DNA of 50,146 nt from Pseudomonadota bacterium (GTDB lineage Bacteria > Pseudomonadota > Alphaproteobacteria > Rhizobiales > CAJQND01). Position 1 is the first letter of the stretch; every line of letters starts with the position of its first letter. Shown one piece after another: positions 37,306 through 46,299 of this stretch. The notes beneath the pieces are model-generated. The model had not been told where the DNA came from. It searched no databases and worked only from the letters and a program-made list of their open reading frames with translations. The DNA is taken from assembly GCA_039180225.1 (NCBI GenBank), contig JBCDDQ010000001.1, positions 1 to 50,146 of the forward strand, given 5' to 3'. A program made the translations under genes and the position numbers.

Positions 37306-38889
37306 ATGATCCAATCCGCGCTCAAGATCTTCATTGGCGCCGTCTTTGTGCTTTGTCTTCATGTTTCAGCGCAGGCTGACAAACGCATTGCGCTTGTAAT
37401 CGGCAACTCCGTCTATAAGCATGTTCCGCGCCTGGCCAATCCCGTCAATGATGCCCAGGATATCGCCACCGCATTGAAACGCCTTGGATTTGACGTCCGT
37501 AAGAAGACTGACCTGGACTATGGCGGCCTGCGCCGCGCGTTGCGCGATTTCAGCCGACAGGCGGCAAGGGCCGAGTTTGCCGTGGTGTATTATGCCGGTC
37601 ACGGCATGGAGGTGAACAAGCACAACTATGTCATTCCCGTGGATGCGGAGCTCAAATCGGATCTTGATATCGAATATGAAGCGGTGCCGCTCGATCTGAT
37701 GATGAATGCCGTTGAGGGGGCCAGCAAGCTCAAACTGGTGCTGCTGGATTCCTGCCGCAACAACCCGTTTGCCGCGTCCATGAAGGTCACGTCCGGCAAG
37801 CGTTCGATCGGGCGCGGTCTTGCCCGTGTCGAACCGGAGGTCGGAACGCTGGTGAGCTTCGCTGCCAAGGAAGGCACAACCGCTGACGATGGCGATGGGC
37901 GCAACAGCCCTTACACAACCGCGCTGTTGAAGTATCTCGAAGAGCCCGGTCTTGAAGTCCAGTTTCTGTTCCGCAAGGTGCGCGATGCCGTTATGGCCTC
38001 AACCAACAAGCGCCAGCAGCCGTTCACTTATGGCTCTCTTCCGGGCCAGAAGATCTATCTGACGGCCCCGCAGGCGGGCACAGTGACCGCGTCCGCTGCA
38101 TCGAGCGATCTGCAAAGGCAGCTGGACGAGCTGCGAAAGGAACTGCGGAAAAAGGATCAATCGGTCAATCAGGTTGGGGAACTGAAGAAGCTGCTGGAAC
38201 GCCAGAAAGCAGAGTTCGACAAGCTGAAGCGCGAGGCCGAAACGGCAAAACGGAAGCAGGCGAAGCTCCCCTCTGCCACGGCGCCTGCGCCGGAGCCTTC
38301 GGTGGCAACCATTCACCGGCGCGCGCTCGCGGCCTACAACAACCGGAACTACCGCGAAGCGCTGCGCCTTTATCGAACGACCGCCGACAGGGGCGACAGC
38401 ACCAGCATGAACTATATCGGTTTCATGTACTCCGCAGGCAAAGGTGTCGCGCAAGACTATAGAGAGGCCGCGCGCTGGTACCGCAAGGCGGCTGAGAAGG
38501 GTCATGGGGTGGCAATGAGCAATCTCGCGCGCAGGTATCTCTATGGCCAGGGCGTGGCCAAGAATTATGCAATCGCGCTTCGCTGGTACCGCAAGGCGGC
38601 CGACAAGGGCATATCGGCCGCCATGGGCGATCTTTCCTACATGTATGGCAATGGTTTTGGCGTCACCCAAAGCACCTCTGAGTCGGTGAGGTGGATGGCG
38701 CTCGCACTCAAGAACGGCGATGACCAGGCTATCCAGTTGCTGTCGACACGATCAGAAGAATGGAGCCGGTCTTGGCGCAGGCAACTGCAAAAGGTCCTGC
38801 GCTCTGAAGGCTACTACAGGGGTTCGATTGACGGCTCTTTCGGGCCGGGGACGTTGAACGCCATCAAGCGCTACGCCGGAAAACAGTAA
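37306..38889 (+). CDS. Exported caspase-like peptidase (C14) / coiled coil / Sel1 repeats / peptidoglycan-binding domain
   Basis: Signal peptide, then KRIALVIGNSVY. The catalytic dyad is YAGHG (His99, 37600..37602) and LLDSCRN (Cys150, 37753..37755). Four Sel1-type repeats follow (AARWYRKAAEKGH, ALRWYRKAADKG). The C-terminus is LQKVLRSEGYYRGSIDGSFGPGTLNAIKRY. Confidence 0.8.
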   Translation: MIQSALKIFIGAVFVLCLHVSAQADKRIALVIGNSVYKHVPRLANPVNDAQDIATALKRLGFDVRKKTDLDYGGLRRALRDFSRQAARAEFAVVYYAGHGMEVNKHNYVIPVDAELKSDLDIEYEAVPLDLMMNAVEGASKLKLVLLDSCRNNPFAASMKVTSGKRSIGRGLARVEPEVGTLVSFAAKEGTTADDGDGRNSPYTTALLKYLEEPGLEVQFLFRKVRDAVMASTNKRQQPFTYGSLPGQKIYLTAPQAGTVTASAASSDLQRQLDELRKELRKKDQSVNQVGELKKLLERQKAEFDKLKREAETAKRKQAKLPSATAPAPEPSVATIHRRALAAYNNRNYREALRLYRTTADRGDSTSMNYIGFMYSAGKGVAQDYREAARWYRKAAEKGHGVAMSNLARRYLYGQGVAKNYAIALRWYRKAADKGISAAMGDLSYMYGNGFGVTQSTSESVRWMALALKNGDDQAIQLLSTRSEEWSRSWRRQLQKVLRSEGYYRGSIDGSFGPGTLNAIKRYAGKQ

Positions 38890-39011
38890 TCGGTCAGGTG
38901 CTCCAGGCTCATTGCCTTCGATCAGTTTGCCTGCGCGTGGCTTCCGGCCAGGGTCAGGAAACGATACCGCAGTTGACCCGTCAACCTGGTCTGCTAACGT
39001 GCCGCCAGTCA

Positions 39012-39029
39012 GTTATGTTATAGCATAAC
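39012..39029. promoter_or_regulatory. AT-rich 18-bp near-palindrome, candidate Zur/Fur-family operator
   Basis: GTTATGTTATAGCATAAC lies 29 nt upstream of the DUF3299 start. 16 of 18 positions are symmetric. Confidence 0.35.
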
Positions 39030-39057
39030 CTGTCCAGCTCACCGCGGGAGAGAGTGC

Positions 39058-39735
39058 ATGAAGAGAGCTGTGTTGGCCCTGGTTGCCGGCCTGAGCATTG
39101 TACTTGCGGCCAGCGCCTTTGCGGCCAAGCCCGTTAAAGAGGTGGTCTGGGAAAATCTGGTTCCCGAGTTTGAGACCAAGCTCAACGACCCCCTGGCCGG
39201 CCAGGAACTCTATCGGCGCCTGGAGGTGGAAACCATCATCTGGGCCAGGACGCTGAACGCCGAAGAACGCGCCTCAGAAGAACACAAGCTGATGGTGGAA
39301 GATGCCCAGCACTTCTTGGAGGAGATGCGCAAAGAGGGCATTGACACCGACAAACTCATCAAAGATTTCAAGGCCTGGCAAGCCAAAGTTAATGAGCGCA
39401 ATAAACAGGTGGTGCCCGCGCTGGACGGGGCCCAAATCAAGCTTGCCGGCTACCTGTTGCCCCTGAACTATACTGAGAAGGGTGAGACGGAATTTCTGTT
39501 GGTGCCTTATGTGGGCGCCTGCATCCACGCGCCCGTGCCGCCGCAAAACCAGATCGTGTTCGTTGAGCTCTCAAGCCCCTACAAGCCGGAAGAACTCTAT
39601 GCCCCGGTGTGGGTCACCGGAACCATGCGCACGAAGGTGTCCACCAAGGCGCTGAGCTATGTGGACGGCACCGCTGATATCCCCGTCGGCTACTCGCTGG
39701 AGGCTGAGCTCATCGAAACCTACGAAGAGAGCTAG
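39058..39735 (+). CDS. DUF3299 domain-containing periplasmic protein
   Basis: Signal peptide, and C-terminal GYLLPLNYTEKGETEFLLVPYVGACIHAPVPPQNQIVFV characteristic of DUF3299. Confidence 0.65.
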   Translation: MKRAVLALVAGLSIVLAASAFAAKPVKEVVWENLVPEFETKLNDPLAGQELYRRLEVETIIWARTLNAEERASEEHKLMVEDAQHFLEEMRKEGIDTDKLIKDFKAWQAKVNERNKQVVPALDGAQIKLAGYLLPLNYTEKGETEFLLVPYVGACIHAPVPPQNQIVFVELSSPYKPEELYAPVWVTGTMRTKVSTKALSYVDGTADIPVGYSLEAELIETYEES

Positions 39736-39798
39736 GTCACTTGCCATGATCCGGCCTCCAAGATTGCCCAGATTTTAAAGCAGAAAAGGAGAGCGAAA

Positions 39799-40620
39799 AT
39801 GTGCCATCCGGTGATTATGGAATATGTGAAGGGGAAGGCTCTCAGCCGCCGGGACGTGTTTCGCGGCGCTGCTGCGGCGGGGGCGGCGCTTGCCGCCTCT
39901 CAGGTGCTGTCGCCGCGCCCGGTGCTGGCCCAGGCGGCAAGCCGCGTCGTCGACCTGACCCATACCCTGACCTACGATTTTCCAACCTATTTTGGCGAAC
40001 AGCAGTTCTTCGATGAGGAAGTGTTTTCCTACGCCAAAAACAAGTTTAACCTGAAGAAGTTGCAGGTCAACGAGCATACCGGCACCCATATCGATGCCCC
40101 GCTGCACTTCACCGATGGCGGCACCTCCATTGACGAAGTGGCGGTGGAGTCCCTGGTGTGTCCGCTGGCCGTGGTCGACATCCGGGAGAAGGCGGATGCC
40201 GATCCGGATGCGCAGGTAACGCCTGACGATCTGAAGGCCTGGATCGCCAAGCACGGGCCCATTCCCAAGGGCGCCTGCGTGGCGCAGAACGCGGGCTGGC
40301 AGAAGCGCCTGGGCTCAAAAGGGTTCCGCAACGCGGACGATGCGGGAAAAATGCACTTTCCCGGCTTCCATGTGGAAGCGGCCAAGATGCTGCTGGAGGA
40401 GGCCGAGGTCGTGGGCGTGGGTGTGGACACCTTGTCCATCGACTTTGGCACATCGGCTGATTTCATCACCCACTACACCTGGCTGCCGGCCAACCGGTGG
40501 GCGGTGGAAAACATGGCCAATCTCGACCAGGTGCCCGCAACCGGCGCAACCCTGGTGGTCGGTGCGCCGAAGCATAAGGGCGGCACCGGCGGACCCTGCC
40601 GGCTGATCGCCTTGGTCTAA
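39799..40620 (+). CDS. Cyclase family protein (kynurenine formamidase-like) with a Tat signal
   Basis: The twin-arginine leader is SRRDVFRGAAAAGAALAAS. The HTGTHIDAPLHF metal-binding motif is present. Confidence 0.75.
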   Translation: MCHPVIMEYVKGKALSRRDVFRGAAAAGAALAASQVLSPRPVLAQAASRVVDLTHTLTYDFPTYFGEQQFFDEEVFSYAKNKFNLKKLQVNEHTGTHIDAPLHFTDGGTSIDEVAVESLVCPLAVVDIREKADADPDAQVTPDDLKAWIAKHGPIPKGACVAQNAGWQKRLGSKGFRNADDAGKMHFPGFHVEAAKMLLEEAEVVGVGVDTLSIDFGTSADFITHYTWLPANRWAVENMANLDQVPATGATLVVGAPKHKGGTGGPCRLIALV

Positions 40621-40644
40621 AAGCCGGTTGTCCATGGCTAAGTG

Positions 40645-40675
40645 GTGCCTCGGATATCAAATCCGGGGCACTTTT
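40645..40675 (+). terminator. Rho-independent terminator after the cyclase gene
   Basis: GTGCCTCGGAT-atcaa-ATCCGGGGCAC forms 11 bp including one G-U, followed by TTTTCTCC. Confidence 0.75.
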
Positions 40676-40780
40676 CTCCAGCAGCTGCAATATGCGGCCT
40701 TGAGAATTCCTCAATGGCCAGATCTGCAATCGTGTTACTGTCAGCTCCCTAGGGTCCCCTCGTAGTGATGGGCAATTGGA

Positions 40781-42355
40781 ATGACAGAGGTCGACAGTTG
40801 GCCGGTGTTCATCTGTTACCGGCAATCGGACGGCAAAGACTCCGCTCGCTGGGTCCATGACCTGCTGCGGGAAAGGCCTGTGCCGGTTGTCGAACATGAC
40901 GCCGGTGACCACGACCCGCCTAAGTTGGATGTGTACTTTGATCAAACCGCTCCCGGTGTGGGTGACTGGACGGCAATACACGAGCCCTATCTGAAACTCT
41001 CGCGCGCCTTCATCATTATCTGCACGCCCGGCGCAAAGCTCAACGAAGGGGAAAACGACTGGGTGCATTTGGAGATAGACTGGTGGCTGGACAACCGCCA
41101 GGAGGCCCCGATCATCGTCGATCCGCTGAATGAGGGGGACCGCTATATCCCCACAGCGATCAAAGAGCGATGGCCGAACGTCCAACGCATCACGCTAGAC
41201 GTTGCTGACTGGAACAATCTGCCCGCCGATGAGCAGTCAACGATCGAGGATCGCAAGAGCGCTCAGTTTTTCGGGGGCATCGTTCCCAGCGGAACCAATG
41301 TGCTGCGCCAGGAACTGGATGCAAAGCAGCGCACGGCAGAGCGTTTGGCCGGTGCCCTAAGACGATCGCGCCTGTTGTTGGCTGGAACGGTCGGTCTTTT
41401 TGTGTTGGCGGTGGCCGCCGGCGTTTGGGCCTGGAACGAGCGGCTTGAAGCTGAACAGCAGGCTGCGATTGCCACCAACGCCAGGAACGTGTCGGAACGC
41501 GCCAAGGACCGGGCTCTGCACGCAGCCAAGGTGAGCCGGCAAGCGCTGTACACCTCGTTTGTCGATGCGCATGCCACGAGCAGGTTGAACCTTGAAAAGC
41601 TGCCCCGGGACGCAGCAACGCAGAATGAATTCGCCATAACGGGAAACAATCTGGGGTTCTTGTTGATCGATCGGTTGAGCGGTGAAAACCGGAATGCCGA
41701 GCACGCGCTGCAGCTCTTTGAGCAGTTGCGCGATAAGTACCCTCATTTCCAAGCGGGCTCCAACTTTTCAGGCGATCTCTTGCTGGAAGAGAAGATTACC
41801 GATGTGGGCCTGGCCCTGGCGCAGGGGCTCCAGAAGCTGGGTGATTTGGAAGCGGGCGCGCAGGCGTTGGCAACGCTGACACCTTCTGAGCGTCGGCGGA
41901 CCCGATGGAAGGAAAACGTGTTTCGCGCCTTTCTGGAGCTGTCCAACCATCGGTTCACCCAAGGGAACTATCAAGGCGCCTTTGAGGATGCGAAGCTCAT
42001 TCTCAAGGCTCTCGACCGGTTTCCCGCAGACAACGCGATTGGGTATCGTCTGCGCGCCAGGGCCTTCGGGAAGCTCTCATGGAACGCACTGTTTGTTCGC
42101 GATTTTGAGCGCTCTGCAACTGCTGCAAGCAAGGCGATTGAGCTCATCGAAGCTCACGGCATGGGGGGGCTTGAGTTTGTCTATTTGAACCGCGCCCACG
42201 CTTTTGCTTTTGCCAACAACGCCAAAGAAGCCGGCAAGCTTTACGGTGCGGTTGATGGCCAGATGTTGGCGAACGACATTCAGGCCTTGGCGAAGGCAGG
42301 TTTATGCCATGAGCTTTTTCGTGCATATTTGAAGGACTACTCCTGTGCCAACTAA
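40781..42355 (+). CDS. TIR domain / single TM helix / helical (TPR-like) repeat protein
   Basis: N-terminal WPVFICYRQSDG and NDWVHLEIDWW (Glu98, 41072..41074) are TIR-like. The hydrophobic helix LLLAGTVGLFVLAVAAGVWAW is at ~41369..41434. The ~300-aa C-terminal region is helical repeats. Confidence 0.7.
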   Translation: MTEVDSWPVFICYRQSDGKDSARWVHDLLRERPVPVVEHDAGDHDPPKLDVYFDQTAPGVGDWTAIHEPYLKLSRAFIIICTPGAKLNEGENDWVHLEIDWWLDNRQEAPIIVDPLNEGDRYIPTAIKERWPNVQRITLDVADWNNLPADEQSTIEDRKSAQFFGGIVPSGTNVLRQELDAKQRTAERLAGALRRSRLLLAGTVGLFVLAVAAGVWAWNERLEAEQQAAIATNARNVSERAKDRALHAAKVSRQALYTSFVDAHATSRLNLEKLPRDAATQNEFAITGNNLGFLLIDRLSGENRNAEHALQLFEQLRDKYPHFQAGSNFSGDLLLEEKITDVGLALAQGLQKLGDLEAGAQALATLTPSERRRTRWKENVFRAFLELSNHRFTQGNYQGAFEDAKLILKALDRFPADNAIGYRLRARAFGKLSWNALFVRDFERSATAASKAIELIEAHGMGGLEFVYLNRAHAFAFANNAKEAGKLYGAVDGQMLANDIQALAKAGLCHELFRAYLKDYSCAN

Positions 42356-42369
42356 GATGGGGTGGGCCG

Positions 42370-43224
42370 ATGAAGGCAGTCAACACATCGAAGCTTGGCC
42401 TCGCACTCTGCGGGCAACTGGCGTTCGTATTGCTCGCTGTCTGGCTTTGGGCCAGCCCGGCCAGCGCAACGGCGTCATGCCTTGTCGCAGATCCAGCAGA
42501 TCCTACCTTGAACGTCCGAGACGCGCCGCGCGGCAAGGTCATCAACCGGCTGAAAAATGGGCGGAATGTGTTCATTCTGGAAAACAGGCTTGATGCCAGG
42601 AACAAGCTTTGGGCGAAAGTGGGTGGGGCCTATCGCGGCACATGGCGTGAGTGGGGCTGGGTGTTTCAAGCTCATCTCAAATGCTCAATCGACGGAGCGC
42701 TGGAATCCCGCACAGGCCGGGTGGAGAAAGTGCACACGAGAGATCTCGCGGCGAACGGGATTGGTTGGTTCGTGAACCTTGGGGTGGCGTGCCCGTATCA
42801 GGGCGATGGACACACGCTCTCTTTTGCACCTGATTTTGTATCTCAGTACACAAAGCAAGGCTTTTCGCTGACGGCAATGTGCCTGGGGCTTGCCAGCGAA
42901 GGCGTGAACTATGATCCGGAGGACGGAACACCCATCGCTCAGTATGAACCCGTCGGAGAAGATGGCATTAGCGGGCGCTACCCGTTCTTCCTTCCGCGTT
43001 GTTTCCGAAGCGTCAGGATCTTGGCCGGGCAGAACACCGCTTGGGTGAGGTGGAAGCCGGACGGGTGCACGCTCACTTACCATCCCGTAACGGGCAAACG
43101 CCTCAGAAACTCAGGCGATGTTGTGGTGACCACCGGGGCGGAAGCCGGCGATGCCAGCCCGGAACCTGATGCGGACACGTCGGTCACCAATGCCAGATTG
43201 CGGGCTCTGCTGCGCAGAAACTAG
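42370..43224 (+). CDS. Secreted SH3b-like protein with an uncharacterised Cys-containing C-terminal domain
   Basis: Signal peptide ([17 protein letters not shown]), then [39 protein letters not shown]. Starts 15 bp after the TIR gene stop on the same strand. Confidence 0.6.
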   Translation: MKAVNTSKLGLALCGQLAFVLLAVWLWASPASATASCLVADPADPTLNVRDAPRGKVINRLKNGRNVFILENRLDARNKLWAKVGGAYRGTWREWGWVFQAHLKCSIDGALESRTGRVEKVHTRDLAANGIGWFVNLGVACPYQGDGHTLSFAPDFVSQYTKQGFSLTAMCLGLASEGVNYDPEDGTPIAQYEPVGEDGISGRYPFFLPRCFRSVRILAGQNTAWVRWKPDGCTLTYHPVTGKRLRNSGDVVVTTGAEAGDASPEPDADTSVTNARLRALLRRN

Positions 43225-43336
43225 CGTTGGCCGGGCTTGCAGGACCAGCGGGCACACCTTGCGCCCGCAGGCCCCCCTGTTGCACACTCCCCTCAGGGGA
43301 ACGACGACGATATCAGCGGGGAGGCCTTTGACGCTC

Positions 43337-44467
43337 ATGGCCTATAACGAACCATCCTTCACTCTTGGCATCGAAGAAGAATACCTTCTGGTCAACAAGG
43401 AGAGCCGCGACCTGGTGCGTGAAACGCCGGCGGGGCTCATGGAGGCCTGTTCTGAGGCGCTTAAAGATCAGGTGAGCCCTGAGTTTCTGCAATGTCAGAT
43501 CGAGGTGGGCACCCGGGTGTGCGATACCCTCCAGGATGCCCGCGACGAGCTCACCATGCTGCGCTCGTCCATCGCCGACGTGGCCGGCCAGTTCGGCCTT
43601 GCGCCCATTGCCGCCTCAACCCACCCGTTCGCCAATTGGAAAGATCAGCACCATACCCACAAAGAGCGCTACGACACTCTGGCCCGCGACCTGGGCGGCG
43701 TGGTCCGGCGCATGTTGATCTGCGGCATGCATGTGCATGTGTGCATCGACGATGAGGATATGCGGATCGACATTCACAACCAGCTGTCCTACTTCCTGCC
43801 CCACCTTCTGGCGCTCTCAACCTCTTCGCCCTTCTGGCAGGGCCAGGACATGCAATTAAGAAGCTATCGCCTGGTGGTGTTCGATGCTCTGCCGCGTACG
43901 GGCCTGCCGCCCCAGTTCGGCTCGTTCGGAGAGTATGAACGCACCGCCAATGTGCTGGTTCAGGCGGGTCTCATCGAGGACACCTCGAAGATCTGGTGGG
44001 ACCTGCGGCCCTCTGCCCGCTTTCCCACTTTGGAGATGCGGGTCTGCGATGTGCCCACCCGGCTGAACGACACATTGGCCATTGCGGCGCTTTATGTGTG
44101 CATCGCCCGCATGCTCTACCGGCTCAGGCGCAACAATCAGCGCTGGCGGCAATATCCCAACTTCCTGATCGACGAGAACCGCTGGCGCGCCCAACGCTAT
44201 GGCATGGAGGAAGGGCTGATCGACTTTGGCCTGGGCGCGGTGGTGCCTTATGCCGAACTGGCTGAGGAGATCATCGAGCTGGTGCGCGAGGATGCCGAGG
44301 CGATGGATTGCGTGGCTGAGGTGGAGCATATCCGCCAGATTGTCAAAGAGGGCACCAGCGCCGACCGCCAGCGCCGGGTCTACGCTGAGGCCATGGCCAA
44401 AGGCGCAGACGCGGACGAGGCGCTCCAAGCGGTGGTGGACATGCTGATGGCCGAAACGGTGGCGTGA
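43337..44467 (+). CDS. ybdK: Carboxylate-amine ligase (glutamate-cysteine ligase family 2)
   Basis: [18 protein letters not shown] and WWDLRPS motifs of the YbdK/GCS2 family. Start at ATG 43337. Confidence 0.85.
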   Translation: MAYNEPSFTLGIEEEYLLVNKESRDLVRETPAGLMEACSEALKDQVSPEFLQCQIEVGTRVCDTLQDARDELTMLRSSIADVAGQFGLAPIAASTHPFANWKDQHHTHKERYDTLARDLGGVVRRMLICGMHVHVCIDDEDMRIDIHNQLSYFLPHLLALSTSSPFWQGQDMQLRSYRLVVFDALPRTGLPPQFGSFGEYERTANVLVQAGLIEDTSKIWWDLRPSARFPTLEMRVCDVPTRLNDTLAIAALYVCIARMLYRLRRNNQRWRQYPNFLIDENRWRAQRYGMEEGLIDFGLGAVVPYAELAEEIIELVREDAEAMDCVAEVEHIRQIVKEGTSADRQRRVYAEAMAKGADADEALQAVVDMLMAETVA

Positions 44468-44478
44468 TGCGCACCACC

Positions 44479-44576
44479 CGTCATCCCGGAATTTTGCGCC
44501 AGCAAGATATCCCGGACCCAGATGCCGCAGAACTTAGAGCCAGCCGCTCTGGGTCCCCGCTTTCGCGGGGACGACG
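44479..44576 (-). repeat. Palindromic intergenic element, family B (inverted relative to 48637..48719)
   Basis: gagccagccgctctgggtccccgctttcgcggggacgacg matches the reverse complement of 48637..48675. It contains the hairpin GTCCCCGC-ttt-CGCGGGGAC. Confidence 0.7.
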
Positions 44577-44781
44577 GAGTAAAGAGCGAGGATGAAGCTC
44601 CTGGAGAGACGCGCGCTTCCGTTAACAACACCCGGCCAATTTAACCGGCCATCTTCACCGGATCTTTCAGTCTTCGTGCCACACTGCAATCCTAGCCCGG
44701 CGGTCTAAGCAACGGGCATCAGGCGACTTTCGTTCCCCGTTGCGGGCCCGCCACAAGGGCTTTGAGACAGAGGAGATCGCC

Positions 44782-45111
44782 ATGGCCGCACGCATAACCA
44801 ACAGCATGCTCTGGACAGCAGGGTGCCTTGTTCTGTTCGCCCTGATCTTCGCCTCAACACCGGCAGCCGCCGGCGGCCCTTTCTGCGCCCAGCGGGCAAA
44901 GCTGATCGAAGGGTTGAGCGCGAAATTTCAGGAGAGCCGCAAAGGCGTCGGGATCACCAACACAGGCACAGGCGCCCTGGAGGTCTACGCCTCAGAGGAA
45001 GGCACCTGGACCATTGTGGTCACCACCACACAAGGCAAGACGTGCATCCTCGCCTCAGGTCATTCCTGGCAGACAACGCCCAAGGCTGTCGTGCAGGGCC
45101 CAGGGGCCTGA
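44782..45111 (+). CDS. Small secreted protein, unknown function
   Basis: A GAGGAG RBS precedes ATG 44782. It has a signal peptide (LWTAGCLVLFALIFASTPAAA) and two Cys. Confidence 0.55.
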   Translation: MAARITNSMLWTAGCLVLFALIFASTPAAAGGPFCAQRAKLIEGLSAKFQESRKGVGITNTGTGALEVYASEEGTWTIVVTTTQGKTCILASGHSWQTTPKAVVQGPGA

Positions 45112-45145
45112 AACACACCTTAAGACGCCTGATTGTCCGGGAGCT

Positions 45146-45328
45146 CTAATCAGAATGCGGCCGGCCGAAGGACGCGGTCTGCACCGCGCTGCCGGTTATG
45201 ATCTGAGCTTGCTGACCTTCTGCTTCCAACTTCGCGTTGGTACCCATGTTAAAGCCCGCGTACGCAGCGAGCCAGGCACTCACGAACAGTCCACAGGACG
45301 CGGGACCGTATTGCTTAAGCCAATCCAT
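45146..45328 (-). CDS. 60-aa single-pass membrane protein, unknown function
   Basis: A strong GAGGAGG RBS lies 5 nt upstream of ATG 45328. One hydrophobic helix (CGLFVSAWLAAYAGF). Confidence 0.4.
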   Translation of the reverse strand: MDWLKQYGPASCGLFVSAWLAAYAGFNMGTNAKLEAEGQQAQIITGSAVQTASFGRPHSD

Positions 45329-45463
45329 ACTGACCTCCTCACCCCCGTCCCCATACTCTGTCGCCCAACCGGTAAACGACCGGTTAAGTCTCAAGAGTTG
45401 CGAAAGATTAGGGCGATTTTTTGCCGTTGATCCGGGCGCGTCATAAGGGCAAAGCTAGAGGCT

Positions 45464-46255
45464 ATGGCCCAGACGCTCACCATGTACCAGGTGGATGCCT
45501 TCACCGACCGACCGTTCGCTGGAAATCCGGCCGCCGTTCTGGTGCTGGACGAGGCGCTGGATGAGCACCTGATGAAGGCCATCGCCGCGGAGAACAATCT
45601 GCCTGAAACCGCCTATGCTGTGGCCATCGACGGCGGCTACCAGTTGCGCTGGTTCACGCCAACCCACGAGGCGGCTTTTTGCGGTCACGCCACGCTCGCC
45701 ACCGCTCATGTGCTGGCGCACGAACTTGGCGGCACAGGCCCGTTCTGCTTTCAAACCCAGGTCGGGGAACTGACCGTGACGCCTGAGGCGGCGGGCTATG
45801 GCATGGATCTGCCGGCCTTTGCGCCGGAGATCCTATCCCCGGAACCTGCATGGGTGGCCGCGCTCTTCCCCGATGGGGTGAGGGCGGTCTTTGAAAACTT
45901 TGAGAACATGTTCGTCGAACTGGGCTCGGAGGCGGAGGTGAGGGCCTTCACCCCCGACCTCGCCGCCCTGGCCGGGACTTACGACATAGATCTCTGCATC
46001 ACCGCTGAGGGAGAGGATACGGACTTCGTTTCGCGCTATTTCGCCCCGCGCGCCGGCATTCCGGAAGATCCGGTGACCGGCTCCACCCACGCCACCTTGG
46101 TGCCCTATTGGGCAGAGCGCTTGGGCAAAACCCGCTTTAGGGCCCGCCAGGTTTCCCCGCGCGGCGGCAGCCTCATCGCCACGCTGCTTGAGGGGCGTGT
46201 GCGCCTTCAAGGCCAGGCCGTCACGTTCCTGAAGGGCGAGATCACGCTTGGCTGA
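45464..46255 (+). CDS. PhzF family isomerase
   Basis: MYQVDAFTDRPFAGNPAAV, LPETAY, RWFTP..E..FCGHATLA and DPVTGS motifs. Confidence 0.85.
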   Translation: MAQTLTMYQVDAFTDRPFAGNPAAVLVLDEALDEHLMKAIAAENNLPETAYAVAIDGGYQLRWFTPTHEAAFCGHATLATAHVLAHELGGTGPFCFQTQVGELTVTPEAAGYGMDLPAFAPEILSPEPAWVAALFPDGVRAVFENFENMFVELGSEAEVRAFTPDLAALAGTYDIDLCITAEGEDTDFVSRYFAPRAGIPEDPVTGSTHATLVPYWAERLGKTRFRARQVSPRGGSLIATLLEGRVRLQGQAVTFLKGEITLG

Positions 46256-46299
46256 GCGCAGAGCCCCTTTTTTTGTCAACTTTTTGCGCCTATATTAGC

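Noticed and set aside
37156-37362. 68-aa minus-strand ORF (shorter 38-aa version MAKMSVRKVMHVTSNIGAQALRVVGLV...) between the SIP and caspase genes
   Set aside because: I recognise no family. It overlaps the caspase gene start and has only a weak RBS-like GGGAG. It could be a gene fragment at the islet border, but I cannot support that.
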